Shown piece after piece: positions 9,823 to 20,292 of a DNA stretch of 64,000 nt; position 1 is the stretch's first letter; each line of letters opens with the position of its first letter. The translations under genes were made by a program, and so were the position numbers. The notes under the pieces are model-generated. The model had not been told where the DNA came from. It ran no database searches and was given only the letters and a program-made list of their open reading frames with translations. Source of the DNA: an uncultured Methylomirabilota bacterium (GTDB lineage: Bacteria > Methylomirabilota > Methylomirabilia > Methylomirabilales > 2-02-FULL-66-22); the NCBI GenBank assembly GCA_963705305.1, contig OY970067.1, positions 1,664,001 through 1,728,000 of the forward strand, given 5' to 3'.

Positions 9823-11550
9823 ATGGCGACGCGGGGGAAGATCGACAAATGCAGCGCCAGCAAATTGCTCTCTCGGCGGCAGCTACTCAAAAGCGGAACC
9901 GTCGCCAGTGGCCTGGCTGCAGCAGGCATGCTGTGGCCAGGCCATGGCGGCGCTGCCCAGACGGCGCAGCCTGTCCAACCTGTACCGACCACCTCGGCTC
10001 TCCAACCGCAGAAGGGGGGCCAGATCACCGTTGGCACCTCGCAGGAACTGGAGACCTTCAATCCCCTGATGCCTTTTTTCGAGGCCCAGCGAGGCGTCCA
10101 AATGTGCATCTTCGATTCTCTTTGGCGGATGGATCCCAAGGGAAACTATGTCCCCAACTTGGCGGCCGAAATTCCGACGCAGACCAACGGAGGCATCTCC
10201 AAAGACGGGACGCTCTTTACTGTGAAGCTCCGCAAGAATGCCAAATGGCATGACGGTCAACCCTTTACCGCCAAAGACGTCGTGTTCCACTGGCAGACGA
10301 TTCTAAATCCCAAGGTGAGGGTTCACACGACTTCGGGTTTTGATCAGATCGCATCGATGTGGACCACAGATGACTTCACGGTGAAGTTCAAGATGAAGGA
10401 GACCTACGCTCCCATCCTGGTGACCCTCTCCGACATGTACATCGTACCGGAGCACATCCTGTCCAAGAGTCCGGACATCAACAAGGATGAGTTTAACACC
10501 AAGCGACCCATCGGCACCGGACCCTTCAAGTTCGTGGAGTGGGTGATGGGAGACCACGTTACGCTGGAGGCCAACCGGGCGTATCACGGCCCTGGGCCTT
10601 ACCTGGATCGGGTCAACTTCAAGTTCACCCCCGACCTCAACGTACTGTTCACCCAGCTCCAGACGGGTGAGGTCGACATCTTCGGACAGCAGGGTATTCC
10701 GGCAGATCTCTTCTCCGATGTGAAGAAGCTGCCCAACGTCAAGGCGTTCGCGACCCCTTCTTACACCTGGGAGGCCATTTGCCCCAACATGCTCTTGCCA
10801 CTCTTTCATGACAAACGAGTTCGGCAGGCCATTTACTTTGGTATGGACAAGAAGCCGATCATCGACAAGGTCTACCTTGGGGTCGAGCTGGAAGCAGAAA
10901 CTTACATTCCCCCCATGTCCTGGGCCTACAATCCCAAGGTCAAGGGGTATCACAAGTACGATCCCGAGAAGGCCAAGCAGTTACTAGAAGAGGCGGGCTG
11001 GAAGGTCGGTCCGGATGGTATCCGCGTCAAGGACGGGAAACGCCTCACCATCGAGAATGCTTGCACCGCCGGCAATCAGCAACGGGAGCAGACACAGCAG
11101 ATCCTACAGCAGCAGTGGCGAAACATCGGCGTCGAGTTGGCGATCAATAACAAGCCAGCCGCTGTTCTTTTTGGCGAATTCTACCGGATGTCCAAGTTCC
11201 AGACGATATTCAACGGGATGCCGGTCGCTGGTGGCGACCCAGACATTACCTTCCGTCTGGATAGCAAGTACATCCCCGCCAAAGGTGGCATGGGTCGGAA
11301 TAGTGTTGCGTACGAGAATCCAAAAGTGGACCAGCTGTGTGAAGCCGGGGCACGAGAGATGAATCGGGAGAAGCGAAAGAAAATCTATTGGGACCTCCAA
11401 GAGATATTGGTGGACGAACTTCCGTATCTACCGATGTTTCATTATGTAATGCTCCGAGGGGCGCAGACCCGCGTTCAAAACTTCTGGCCGAACCCCTGCA
11501 TGTATGATGACATGTGGAATGCGAATGAGTGGTGGGTCAAGAAAGCGTGA
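9823..11550 (+). CDS. Peptide ABC transporter substrate-binding protein (family 5), Tat-exported
   Basis: Twin-arginine motif SRRQLLK; motifs KWHDGQPFTAKDV, PIGTGPFKFVEW and DKRVRQAI; RBS AAGGAGG upstream. Confidence 0.92.
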   Translation: MATRGKIDKCSASKLLSRRQLLKSGTVASGLAAAGMLWPGHGGAAQTAQPVQPVPTTSALQPQKGGQITVGTSQELETFNPLMPFFEAQRGVQMCIFDSLWRMDPKGNYVPNLAAEIPTQTNGGISKDGTLFTVKLRKNAKWHDGQPFTAKDVVFHWQTILNPKVRVHTTSGFDQIASMWTTDDFTVKFKMKETYAPILVTLSDMYIVPEHILSKSPDINKDEFNTKRPIGTGPFKFVEWVMGDHVTLEANRAYHGPGPYLDRVNFKFTPDLNVLFTQLQTGEVDIFGQQGIPADLFSDVKKLPNVKAFATPSYTWEAICPNMLLPLFHDKRVRQAIYFGMDKKPIIDKVYLGVELEAETYIPPMSWAYNPKVKGYHKYDPEKAKQLLEEAGWKVGPDGIRVKDGKRLTIENACTAGNQQREQTQQILQQQWRNIGVELAINNKPAAVLFGEFYRMSKFQTIFNGMPVAGGDPDITFRLDSKYIPAKGGMGRNSVAYENPKVDQLCEAGAREMNREKRKKIYWDLQEILVDELPYLPMFHYVMLRGAQTRVQNFWPNPCMYDDMWNANEWWVKKA

Positions 11551-11860
11551 GGTGACGCCCAAAGTTAACTGACGTTGTAGTGTCGATTCCGATGCGGAAG
11601 GAGACGCAGTGTGACACTCAATGTTCCATTTGCTGTGACGTATATTCGCTTTGGCCGTTCCCGAGATCGGGGCCTCTTACTCGTCCGATAGGGCATGAAG
11701 TGGAAGGAGATCGGATCGGGTGAGCTACAACTTTGGCGGAGGACCCGAAGTGTCGACAGTCGCGGTTAGCGGGCGGCGGCATTTAACCACACTGGTCTGA
11801 GGTGAATTGAGCGCGAAAGAGTCACACTCTCTCTTTGCACGATTGAGAAGGAGGGACCCT

Positions 11861-12158
11861 TTGACTGAGAAAGGGCTCAGGGGAACAGGCAAATGTACAC
11901 CGTGGGCCAGAGGTACATCTCTCCGTAGGTGAAGAGGCAATCGTCGCATACGAAGGAGAGACGATTGCGGCTGCCCTCCTTGCGACGGGGCACCGCGGGT
12001 TTCGCCACACAGTCAGCGGTGAGCCAAGGGGTATGTTTTGTGGGATCGGCCTGTGTTATGACTGTATGGTAACGATAGAGGGAGTGGGCAATGTCCGTGC
12101 CTGTATCACCCCGGTACGCGAGGGAATGAAGGTCATCACATCACCGGTCACCCCCTAG
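11861..12158 (+). CDS. 2Fe-2S ferredoxin subunit (HcnA/opine oxidase/sarcosine oxidase-like), frameshifted near the 5' end
   Basis: Not in the ORF track. Manual translation gives AYEGETIAAALL...GMFCGIGLCYDCMVTIEG...RACITPVREGMKV. TTG at 11861 follows AGGAGG but is out of frame by one base, near the G-run at 11880-11883. Confidence 0.85.
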
Positions 12159-12236
12159 GGTATTGCAAGCCCTTTACGGGCCAAATAATACTCTCGCGAG
12201 GAGAGCCTAGTGGCGATCTTCGGCGAACTGCACAAT

Positions 12237-13520
12237 AGCGGTGGCCCCAAAGAGCTGGACAGGAATCGGGGCGCGATAAGTGAAACTCTGCCGGGGTCAC
12301 GTTACGCCGCCTCGAGCTGAGGCCGCGAGGCAAAGTAGACCATATCGGGGGTCTGGCCGTCCAGCGCTGTGTGAGGCCGGCCTTGGTTGTAAAAAGTAAA
12401 ATAGGCGACCAGGTGCCGCTGGGCGTCAGGCACCGAGTCATAGGCATGCAGGTACACTTCCTCGTACTTGACGGTCTTCCAGAGGCGCTCAACGAAGCAG
12501 TTGTCGCGCCAGGCCCCCTTGCCGTCCATGCTGAGGGCGATGCCGTGCTGCTGGACCAGGGCGACGAAGGCCATGCTGGTGAACTGGCTCCCCTGGTCGG
12601 TGTTCAGGATCTCCGGGCAGCCGTGGGCCCGGATCGCGGCCTCCAGGGCCTCCAGGCAACCGTCCCCGGTCAGGGTGTTCGAGAGGCGCCAGGCCAGGAC
12701 CCGGCGGGTCGCCCAGTCCAGCACGGCCACCAGGTAGAGGAAGCCCCGGCGCATGGGGAGGTACGTGATGTCCATGGCCCAGACCTGGTTCGGGGCCGTG
12801 ATCGCCAGGGTGCGCAGCAAGTACGGGAACCCCCGGGGCCCCGGGTGCGGCTGGGTGGTGCGGGGGTGCCGGTACAGCGCTGCGATCCCCATCCGCCGCA
12901 TCAACGTGGCCACGTGCTTCCGGCCGACGGCCATGCCCCGGAGGCGCAGCAGGTCCCGGAGCATCCGGCTCCCAGCGAAGGGATGCAGCAGGTGCAGCTC
13001 GTCGAGCTGCCGCATCAGGGCCAGGTCCCCTGCGCGGACGGGGCGCGGGGTGTAGTAGACCGAGGACCGAGTCACGGCCACCAGGCGGCACTGGTGCGTG
13101 ACGGGCAGGGGGTGCTGGCGGTCGATCATCGCTTCGCGCTCGCATCGGGGATGCGACCGAGCGCGCCGGCCAAAAAATCGTTCTCCAGGACCAGCTGGCC
13201 GATCTTCGCGTGCAACGCCTTGACATCCGGCACGCTGGCCTGGCGCTCGGCGGACGTGGCGAAGAGCTCCAGCGCCCGCTCCAGGAGCTGGGCCTTCCAC
13301 TGCGTGATCTGGTTGGGGTGGACGTTCGAACTGCTGCGCGAGCTCGGCGAGGGTTCGATCGCCCTTCAGGGCAGCCAGGGCGACCTTGGCCTTGAAGGCG
13401 GGGGCGTGGTTCCGTCGGGACCGTTTCATGGGCTGCTCTCCTTGTGGGACGGCGATGCGTCCCGTCCAGTAGAGCAGAGTTTTCACTTAAACGCCTGTCC
13501 TATTTTCCGGAACCGGCTCT
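12237..13520 (-). mobile_element. IS3-family insertion sequence, copy 1
   Basis: OrfA from 13429 (MKRSRRNHAPAFKAKVALAA); OrfB has VWAMDITY, NTDQGSQFT, SMDGKGAWRDN and VERLWKTVKYE. Imperfect inverted repeats ending GGACAGG; AAT duplicated at 12234-12236 and 13521-13523. Confidence 0.9.
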
Positions 13521-13621
13521 AATCATGGAATTGTCAAACGCCGGGAGTCGCCCGGCACAGCCGGAGGGTTACCTTAGGGAACTTAGGGCCAGCTATGCCA
13601 GGTTGGAGGTAGAAACCAGCA

Positions 13622-15088
13622 ATGCGAGAAGTGGAGATTGCTATCGTAGGTGCCGGGCCGGCGGGACTGGCCGCTGCTCTCGAGGCGGCCGAGATCGGAG
13701 TGGAGGCTGTTGTCATCGAGGAATACCACACTCTCGGTGGCCAGTTCTACAAGCAGGTTCCGGAAGGATTCTCTCTCAACAATCCCAGGAAGGAAGGCCG
13801 CCAGTATGCCGATGGGGCGGAGATCATTCGGCGACTGCAGAGTACGGGTGTGGAGCTTATGACCGATACACTCGTCTGGGGCATCTTCGGTGAGCGGACT
13901 TTGGCCCTCTACCGAAACGACCGTACGGAATTCCTCCGTCCCAAGAAACTCGTCCTTGCCCCTGGTGCCCAGGAAGTTCCGATCGCGTTTCCGGGATGGA
14001 CCTTGCCCGGCGTAATGATGGGAGGTGCGGCCCAGACTCTCCTGGTAACTCAGCGGATCCTGCCAGGACGAAAGGTGGTACTCGCCGGAGTCGGTCCCCT
14101 CCAACTAAAGGTGGCTAGCCAGCTCGTAGAGGCTGGAGTGGAGGTGGTCGATGTTCTCGAGGCCTCTGCAAGGTCACCAATCTCGATGGAGAACGCCCTT
14201 CGATCATTAGGCCACTGGAGCAAAATGCGAGAAGGGATAGAGTATTGGTTAAAGCTCCAGAGGGCGCGAGCCCCCTATCACGAGCGGCAGGTACCGGTAC
14301 GGGCGTTGGGCAGGGACGATCTAGAAGCCGTGGTTGTGGCCGAGGTAGACGAGGACTGGGAGGTCGTGCCAGGTACCGAACGAACACTGGAGGCGGACTG
14401 CCTCTGTCTATCCTACGGATTCCTACCTTCTATCCAGCTGGCGAGTCTCGTGGGTTGCAGGCTGCTCTTTGAGGAACGCGCTGGTGGATGGATAACCTGG
14501 CATGATGTTAATCAGCAGACCAGCATCGAAGGCGTGTATGTGGCCGGTGAAGTAGGCGGCATCGGGGGCGCGGATGTCGCTGAAGAAGAGGGTCGACTGG
14601 CTGTGATTGCGGCAGCACGCTCCCTGGGGCGCCTTGCTGCCTGCGACCGCCAGCGAGAGGAGCGACGGGCCCGTAAGAGACTAGGATCGGCTCGGCGGTT
14701 TGCTGAGCTGGCAGGCGACATGATGGCTATCAAACCTGGCCTTTTTGGCATCATCACCGATGACACGGTAATCTGTCGCTGTGAGGAAGTTACTGCCGGC
14801 CAAGTGAAAAAGACGCTCTTCGATGGCGACCCCACCCCACGGGGGGTGAAGACCCGCACCCGCGCAGGAATGGGTCGGTGCCAGGGGCGGATGTGTGGTT
14901 TCCTGGTGCGGCAGCTTCTCAGCAGAGAAACCCGAACTCCCCTCAGTGAGATCCCGCTCGATACACTTCGACCGCCAGTGAAGCCCGTTCCGGTCCACGC
15001 CTTGTCCACGACTGCTGACCTGTGGCAGGACGGAGCCCTATCAATCGAGCGAGGGCATGGAGGAGAAGGTGACGCGAATCATAGATGA
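13622..15088 (+). CDS. FAD/NAD(P)-dependent oxidoreductase with C-terminal BFD-like 2Fe-2S domain (HcnB/OoxA-like)
   Basis: Motifs VGAGPAGLAAA, FPGWTLPGV, VICRCEEV, GMGRCQGRMC and RPPVKPV. Confidence 0.88.
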   Translation: MREVEIAIVGAGPAGLAAALEAAEIGVEAVVIEEYHTLGGQFYKQVPEGFSLNNPRKEGRQYADGAEIIRRLQSTGVELMTDTLVWGIFGERTLALYRNDRTEFLRPKKLVLAPGAQEVPIAFPGWTLPGVMMGGAAQTLLVTQRILPGRKVVLAGVGPLQLKVASQLVEAGVEVVDVLEASARSPISMENALRSLGHWSKMREGIEYWLKLQRARAPYHERQVPVRALGRDDLEAVVVAEVDEDWEVVPGTERTLEADCLCLSYGFLPSIQLASLVGCRLLFEERAGGWITWHDVNQQTSIEGVYVAGEVGGIGGADVAEEEGRLAVIAAARSLGRLAACDRQREERRARKRLGSARRFAELAGDMMAIKPGLFGIITDDTVICRCEEVTAGQVKKTLFDGDPTPRGVKTRTRAGMGRCQGRMCGFLVRQLLSRETRTPLSEIPLDTLRPPVKPVPVHALSTTADLWQDGALSIERGHGGEGDANHR

Positions 15089-16247
15089 GGCAGAGGTAGT
15101 CGTCATCGGGGGGGGGATCATCGGATGCTCTATTGGTTACCATCTCGCAAAGGCTGGCCACAAGGTGGTATTGATGGAGAAGGAAGTCATCGGCTTCATG
15201 GAATCAGGTCGTAATGGCGGCGGAGTGCGACAGCAGGGGCGTGATTTGAGGGAATTGCCGATGGCTATGGAATCCATCAAGATGTGGCAAACCCTGGGCG
15301 AAGAGTTGGAGTGTGACAATGAGTACCGGCGCGGCGGCAATCTTCTCGTTGCCACTAACGATGAAGAAGCAGAGCACATTAAGCTCGCGGTGGCTCGGCA
15401 GCAATCGCTCGGGCTTGACTTGTCCTTTCTGAGTGGGAAGGAGGCGAGGCAAGTCTGCCCAGCTCTTTCAGACTCTATCGTGGCGGCAAGCTATTGCCCA
15501 ACCGACGGAAAAGCCAACCCGATGGCCACCACAATTGGCTTCGGACGAGCAGCCGCACGTTCTGGTGTCAGGGTCATGCTCCACACGGAAGCAGTAGGTA
15601 TCGAGGTGGTCGATGGGGAGGTCCGAGGCGTTACGACCCAGGAGGGAATGGTTCGGACGCCAGTGGTGGTCAATGCAGCTGGACCCTGGGCACGCCGAAT
15701 TGGAGAACTGGCTGGGTGTAACGTTCCTGTCATTAACCGGCGGAACCAGATCATGGCAACCGAGAGACTCCCTCCGTTGTTTGATCAATTCGTTTCGGGT
15801 AGTACCGTCTACTTCAACCAGACTCGGGCCGGTAGTGTTGTCATTGGGGGGAGCGGCCCTTGGGAGCGAGTAAGTTACGAGACTGCAACCACAGGTAAGA
15901 CGATCATGCGCTATGCTGGTCGATCCAGCACACTTCTCCCAGCTCTTAAAATGAGTACAGTGGTGAGGGCCTGGGCCGGGATTTCGGGGAGAACGATAGA
16001 TGAGATCCCGATTATGGGATTCGTTGACAGACCGAAAGGGTTCTGTAACGCTTGTGGATTCAGTGGACACGGTTTCGCACTGGGACCGATCAGTGGAAAG
16101 CTCATCGCGGAGATGATCCTATGCGGTAGGCCTTCGCTCTCGTTGGATGCCTTTCAGATCGGACGCTTTCCTCTGGACTTCGACCCAATTGCCGCGTACG
16201 AACGGATCCGGGTGCAAGAACCGCCCATCTTGGGGCCTGGCGGGTAG
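15069..16247 (+). CDS. FAD-dependent oxidoreductase, DAO family (HcnC/OoxB/SoxB-like)
   Basis: Motifs IGGGIIG, SGRNGGGVRQQ, VVNAAGPW, RAWAG and GFSGHGFALGP; overlaps the upstream gene. Confidence 0.88.
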   Translation: MTRIIDEAEVVVIGGGIIGCSIGYHLAKAGHKVVLMEKEVIGFMESGRNGGGVRQQGRDLRELPMAMESIKMWQTLGEELECDNEYRRGGNLLVATNDEEAEHIKLAVARQQSLGLDLSFLSGKEARQVCPALSDSIVAASYCPTDGKANPMATTIGFGRAAARSGVRVMLHTEAVGIEVVDGEVRGVTTQEGMVRTPVVVNAAGPWARRIGELAGCNVPVINRRNQIMATERLPPLFDQFVSGSTVYFNQTRAGSVVIGGSGPWERVSYETATTGKTIMRYAGRSSTLLPALKMSTVVRAWAGISGRTIDEIPIMGFVDRPKGFCNACGFSGHGFALGPISGKLIAEMILCGRPSLSLDAFQIGRFPLDFDPIAAYERIRVQEPPILGPGG

Positions 16248-16328
16248 ACTCTCTTCCACGGTAGTCTGGTTAAGGGAGAAGAAGATCGCGTGGGCTCGTT
16301 CGGTGCGAATCTAAGGCGCAGTCTGTCG

Positions 16329-16526
16329 TTAGCCCAAGTTCCGCAGTTGGGGGTTCACGAGAACATAACCGAGGCTCGGCGTTGGCGTAAGTCTGCGCCT
16401 GCTGGCACCAGGACGCCGATAAACGGCATGTAGTGGCGACCTCCCCACTGACGGGGCCCGAGATCTCGCGTATATCGGGCCCAGTATGTACCTGCGCCAC
16501 AGCACGCGCCGCAAGGACGGGAAGGC
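16329..16526. mobile_element. IS1634-like remnants: transposase 5' stub plus a possible inverted 3' tip
   Basis: ATG 16487 encodes MYLRHSTRRKDGK, a typical IS1634 N-terminus, cut by IS3 copy 2. Minus strand ...LRNLG* at 16329-16346 resembles an IS1634 C-terminus. Confidence 0.55.
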
Positions 16527-17811
16527 AGAGCCGGCCCCGCAAAATAGGACAAGCGCGTAAGTGAGAACTCTGCTCTACTAGACGGGACGATGGCCCGTCC
16601 CGGAAAGGAGAGCAGCGGATGAAACGCCCTCGACGGAATCACGCCCCCGCGTTCAAGGCTAAGGTGGCCCTCGCCGCCCTGAACGGGGACAAGACGCTGG
16701 CCGAACCCGCGCAGCAGTTCGACGTGCACCCGAACCAGATCACCCAGTGGAAGAGCCAGCTCCTGGAACGGGCCATCGAGCTTTTCACCACTCCCGCCGA
16801 GCGCCAGGCAGCCGGCCGCGGCGTCAAAGCGTTGCACGCGAAGATCGGCCAGCTGGTCTTGGCGAACGCTTGTTTGGCCGGCGCGCTCGGTCGGCTCCCC
16901 GATGCGAGCGGCAAGCGATGATTGACCGGCAGCATGCCCTGCCGATGGTGCGTCAGTGCCGACTCCTGGCGCTCCCGCGGTCGTCGGTGGCCTCCACGCC
17001 CCCTCCGGGGCCCCCGGCGGACTTGGCCCTGATGCGCCAGCTCGACGCGCGGCACCTGGAACACCCCTTCGCCGGGAGCCGGATGCTCCGGGACCTGCTC
17101 CGGCTGCGGGGCGTGGTCGTCGGGCGGAAGCACGTAGCCACGTTGATGCGCCGGATGGGCATCGTCGCGCTCTACCGGCCGCCCCGGACCACCCAGCCGC
17201 ACTCGGGGCATCGGGTGTTCCCGGTCCCTGCTCCGGGATCTGGCGATTACGCAGCCCAACCAGGTCTGGGCGATGGATCTCACGTACCTCCCGATGCGCC
17301 ACGGCTTCCTCTACCTCGTCGCCGTCCTGGACTGGGCGACCCGCCGCGGCCTGGCGTGGCGCCTCTCGAACCCGCGGACCACCGACTGCTGTCTCGACGC
17401 CTTGGAGGCGGCTGTCCGCGCCCACGGCTGCCCGGGGATCCTCAACACCGACCAGGGCAGCCAGTTCACGAGTACGGCCTTCGTTCATATGGTGCACCAG
17501 CACGGCATCCAGCTCAGCATGGATGGCAAAGGCGCCTGGCGCGATAACCTCTTCGTCGAGCGCCTCTGGAAGAGCGTGAAGTACGAGGAAGTCTACCTGC
17601 ATGCGTATGCCACAGTGCGCGAGGCTCAGCGGGGCTTGGCCCGGTACTTCACCTTCTACAACTCCGGCCGCCCTCATGCGGCGCTGGACGGCCGGACCCC
17701 GGATATGGTCTACTTTGCCTTGCAGTCTCAGCCCGAGGCCGCGTAACGTGACCCGAGCAGAGCTTCACTTAGTGCGCCCGGATTCCTGTCCAACTCCGTG
17801 GGGCCACCTCC
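16527..17811 (+). mobile_element. IS3-family insertion sequence, copy 2 (degenerate relative of copy 1)
   Basis: Same end sequences and ORFs as 12237-13520, in the opposite orientation. OrfB is frameshifted near 17220-17230; no target duplication is visible. Confidence 0.88.
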
Positions 17812-18483
17812 CTGCGCAATAATTCGCTCCCTCCCTTTCCCTGTAACTGATAGCCTTCCCTCTCTGGGGTCCAAACCGTTTTCTTATCTAGATCAGCCAG
17901 GGGAGCGGTCTGGACGGCCCACCCGGAGCCGTTGCCAGTTGTGTTCCGCAAATTCATTCCTCCGGTGACGCTGCTAGCCTTTCCAGCTGGTATTCGGGAT
18001 GGAGTCCGCCCACAATCGATTGCGCTCCGACCCGGCGCTCGCGCGGGAGCAGATGGCCGACCATCGGCGCGACCGGGGGCTCGGGCGGCGGGGGCGGCAC
18101 GCCCGGCCCAAGGGACGAGAGAGGACGGCCGCGGCGAGACCCGACCCCGGGGCCAGCAGAAGCTCCGCGGCCATCGGTGCCTAGCCCCCGGTGACGGTGT
18201 CCCGGGCTATGGCCGCGCTCAGGCGCTGGGGCTCCGCTGGACGCCGGGGCCGCCCGGGGCGGCACCGTCCACGCCAGCAGCGTCGAAATGCCTCGCGGGG
18301 CCGACGGGAGAGATGTGCGAAGAGACCGAATGTCAGCCGCGAGGGCGGTCCGCGACCGAAGGCTGGCGGGCCGGAACCACACGCGATCCCTCGGGAGCGC
18401 CGCCAAAGCCTAGCCCCGTTCAACACAGGACCGCAACCGTGGCATGCCCAACCCCGGGGGCCCCTCTTCAGAGGGAAGTCCCG

Positions 18484-18813
18484 TCAGGTGTGATTCAAAG
18501 CGGGGAGTCTATCAGGGCCGAGGGCACTCGCGATGACCCGGGCCCCGAGGCACACCCCGAGGACGGCGACGCCCCGCTGGATCGCCTCGCGGAGAAATTC
18601 CTTCTCGGGCCGGAGCCACGGCAGGGTGGTCTCGTCGTTCACGCTCATCGGCCCACCCGGCGCGATGATGAGATCAAGTCCGTTCACGGGGGGGAGGCTG
18701 GGATCGGCAGAGAACCACGTCGTCGTGATCTTGGCGTGCCGCGCCTCGAGCCAGGGGGCGATGCTGCCGAGCCCCTCGAAGGGCACGTGCTGGAGGACGT
18801 GGACGTTCATCAT
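18484..18813 (-). pseudogene. Type 1 glutamine amidotransferase, C-terminally truncated
   Basis: LQHVPFEGLG, GGPMSVND and nucleophile elbow LGVCLG are present, but the ORF ends before the HxE motif. ATGA overlap with the MFS stop. Confidence 0.8.
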
Positions 18814-20036
18814 GTCCTCGCCCTCATCTCGAGCAGTGCAGGAATCGAGGCGAGCAAGAATGAGCCGACCATGGCTGCGGCCATGAGCGCAAACGCTAGC
18901 GTGTACGTTCCCAGCCGATCGAACACTAATCCCGCAACGTACGGGCCGATCATGCTTCCAAGGCTGAACCCAACGTTCTGGAGCCCGAGCAGATGCCCGA
19001 GACGGGGCCCTTGGAGCCGGTCGGTGAGAAGAGCTGCAAACACGGGCGGGGCACTGCCGCTGGCCAGGCCTGCGGTGACCACGCACACCCCAAGCATCCA
19101 GCCGTGCCCCGGGCGGGTCGCCAGGAGCGCACTATATCCCAACGCGTACAGGACCGCGATGCCGGCGTAGGTTGGCAGCCGCCCGATGCGGTCGGAGAGG
19201 GCCCCCGACACTAAGCCCCCGATCGTTGCCAGTGCGAATGTCCCTGAGAACGCCGCCGCCGCAGCCATCTTGGAAAACCCGACATCGACGAGATACGGCG
19301 CCACGTGCACAACGAGCGCGTACATGCTCGTGCCGCGCAGGATATTCGCGGCGAAGATGCACCAGTAGCCGGAAGGGAATCCCTGCGCCGTCTCGTCCAG
19401 AGATGCTTTCGCCGGAACAGGGTCCACGGCCGGGCGCCCATCCGGGGAGAGGCCGATCTCCTGAGGGTCATCGCGTACCAGGCCCAGAAGCAGCGGCAGG
19501 GAGGTCGTAAGGATTAGGATGCCGAAGAGCGCATAGGTGGACCGCCATCCGACCTCCGCAATTCCCCATTGCGCCAGGGGCGCAAACAGCGCCGCGCCTA
19601 GCGGAAGGGCGGCAAGGACCCAGCCGGTGGCGAGCCCCCGGTAGCGGACAAACCACCGGGCGATCAAGGCGTTGTTTGGCACATAGGAAATCCCGCCGTC
19701 GGCAAGCCCTCCGAGGACGCCGAACGCGAGAGAGAGCTGCCAAAACTGCCGGACTTGACTGCACGCGAGGAGGACCAAGGCCCAGATGACTGTGCTCCCG
19801 ACGAGTACCCTGCGGGGGCCGACACGATCGATCAAAGCGCCGAGGCCCCAGCCGCTCAGGCCATACACGATAATGTGCACGGAGAATATCCCGGCCATTC
19901 GGCTTCGACTCCCCCCAAATTCCTCAAGTAACGCGATGAGAAACACTGAAAAGACCTGGCGGGGCCCGACCGAAATCATGAAGGCAAGGAACACCACTCC
20001 GGCGATAATCCATCCATGGAAAATTCTAGAACGCAT
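18810..20036 (-). CDS. MFS transporter
   Basis: MFS motif A twice (GALIDRVGPR, GALSDRIGR); ARWFVRYRGLATG; GLVFDRLGTY; about 12 hydrophobic segments. Confidence 0.9.
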   Translation of the reverse strand: MRSRIFHGWIIAGVVFLAFMISVGPRQVFSVFLIALLEEFGGSRSRMAGIFSVHIIVYGLSGWGLGALIDRVGPRRVLVGSTVIWALVLLACSQVRQFWQLSLAFGVLGGLADGGISYVPNNALIARWFVRYRGLATGWVLAALPLGAALFAPLAQWGIAEVGWRSTYALFGILILTTSLPLLLGLVRDDPQEIGLSPDGRPAVDPVPAKASLDETAQGFPSGYWCIFAANILRGTSMYALVVHVAPYLVDVGFSKMAAAAAFSGTFALATIGGLVSGALSDRIGRLPTYAGIAVLYALGYSALLATRPGHGWMLGVCVVTAGLASGSAPPVFAALLTDRLQGPRLGHLLGLQNVGFSLGSMIGPYVAGLVFDRLGTYTLAFALMAAAMVGSFLLASIPALLEMRART

Positions 20037-20292
20037 CGCTGGCCTCGACCGCAGACTGTGAGGGCGGTCGTACAGGTCCATTCGACCGCTTGAGCACCCG
20101 GCTTCGCAGATTGCACGAGCCGGGACTAATAATTGCCGCCACAGTGAGATGCCATAGCGAAACCGAAACACGGCGTGCATAGCGGGTAGAATTATTTTCG
20201 GCCAACAGGGAAGCAGCGTGGAACACGTTCGCAGAAGGGATTTTTTCTGACGACCGGTGCATGGCCAGACGGTTCAACAACGCGCCGCGAGC

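Noticed and set aside
12302..13486. 394-aa single-ORF IS3 transposase in the ORF track
   Set aside because: The fusion is created by the extra base at 13321-13327; the element has the normal orfA/orfB arrangement.
11861..16247. Hydrogen cyanide synthase (hcnABC) call
   Set aside because: The same architecture is shared by several amine/opine dehydrogenases, and the transporter context favours catabolism; substrate cannot be assigned from motifs.
17932..19170. 412-aa plus-strand ORF and other GC-rich ORFs at 17950-18480
   Set aside because: Antisense shadow of the GATase/MFS genes plus low-complexity GC-rich sequence; no recognisable motifs.
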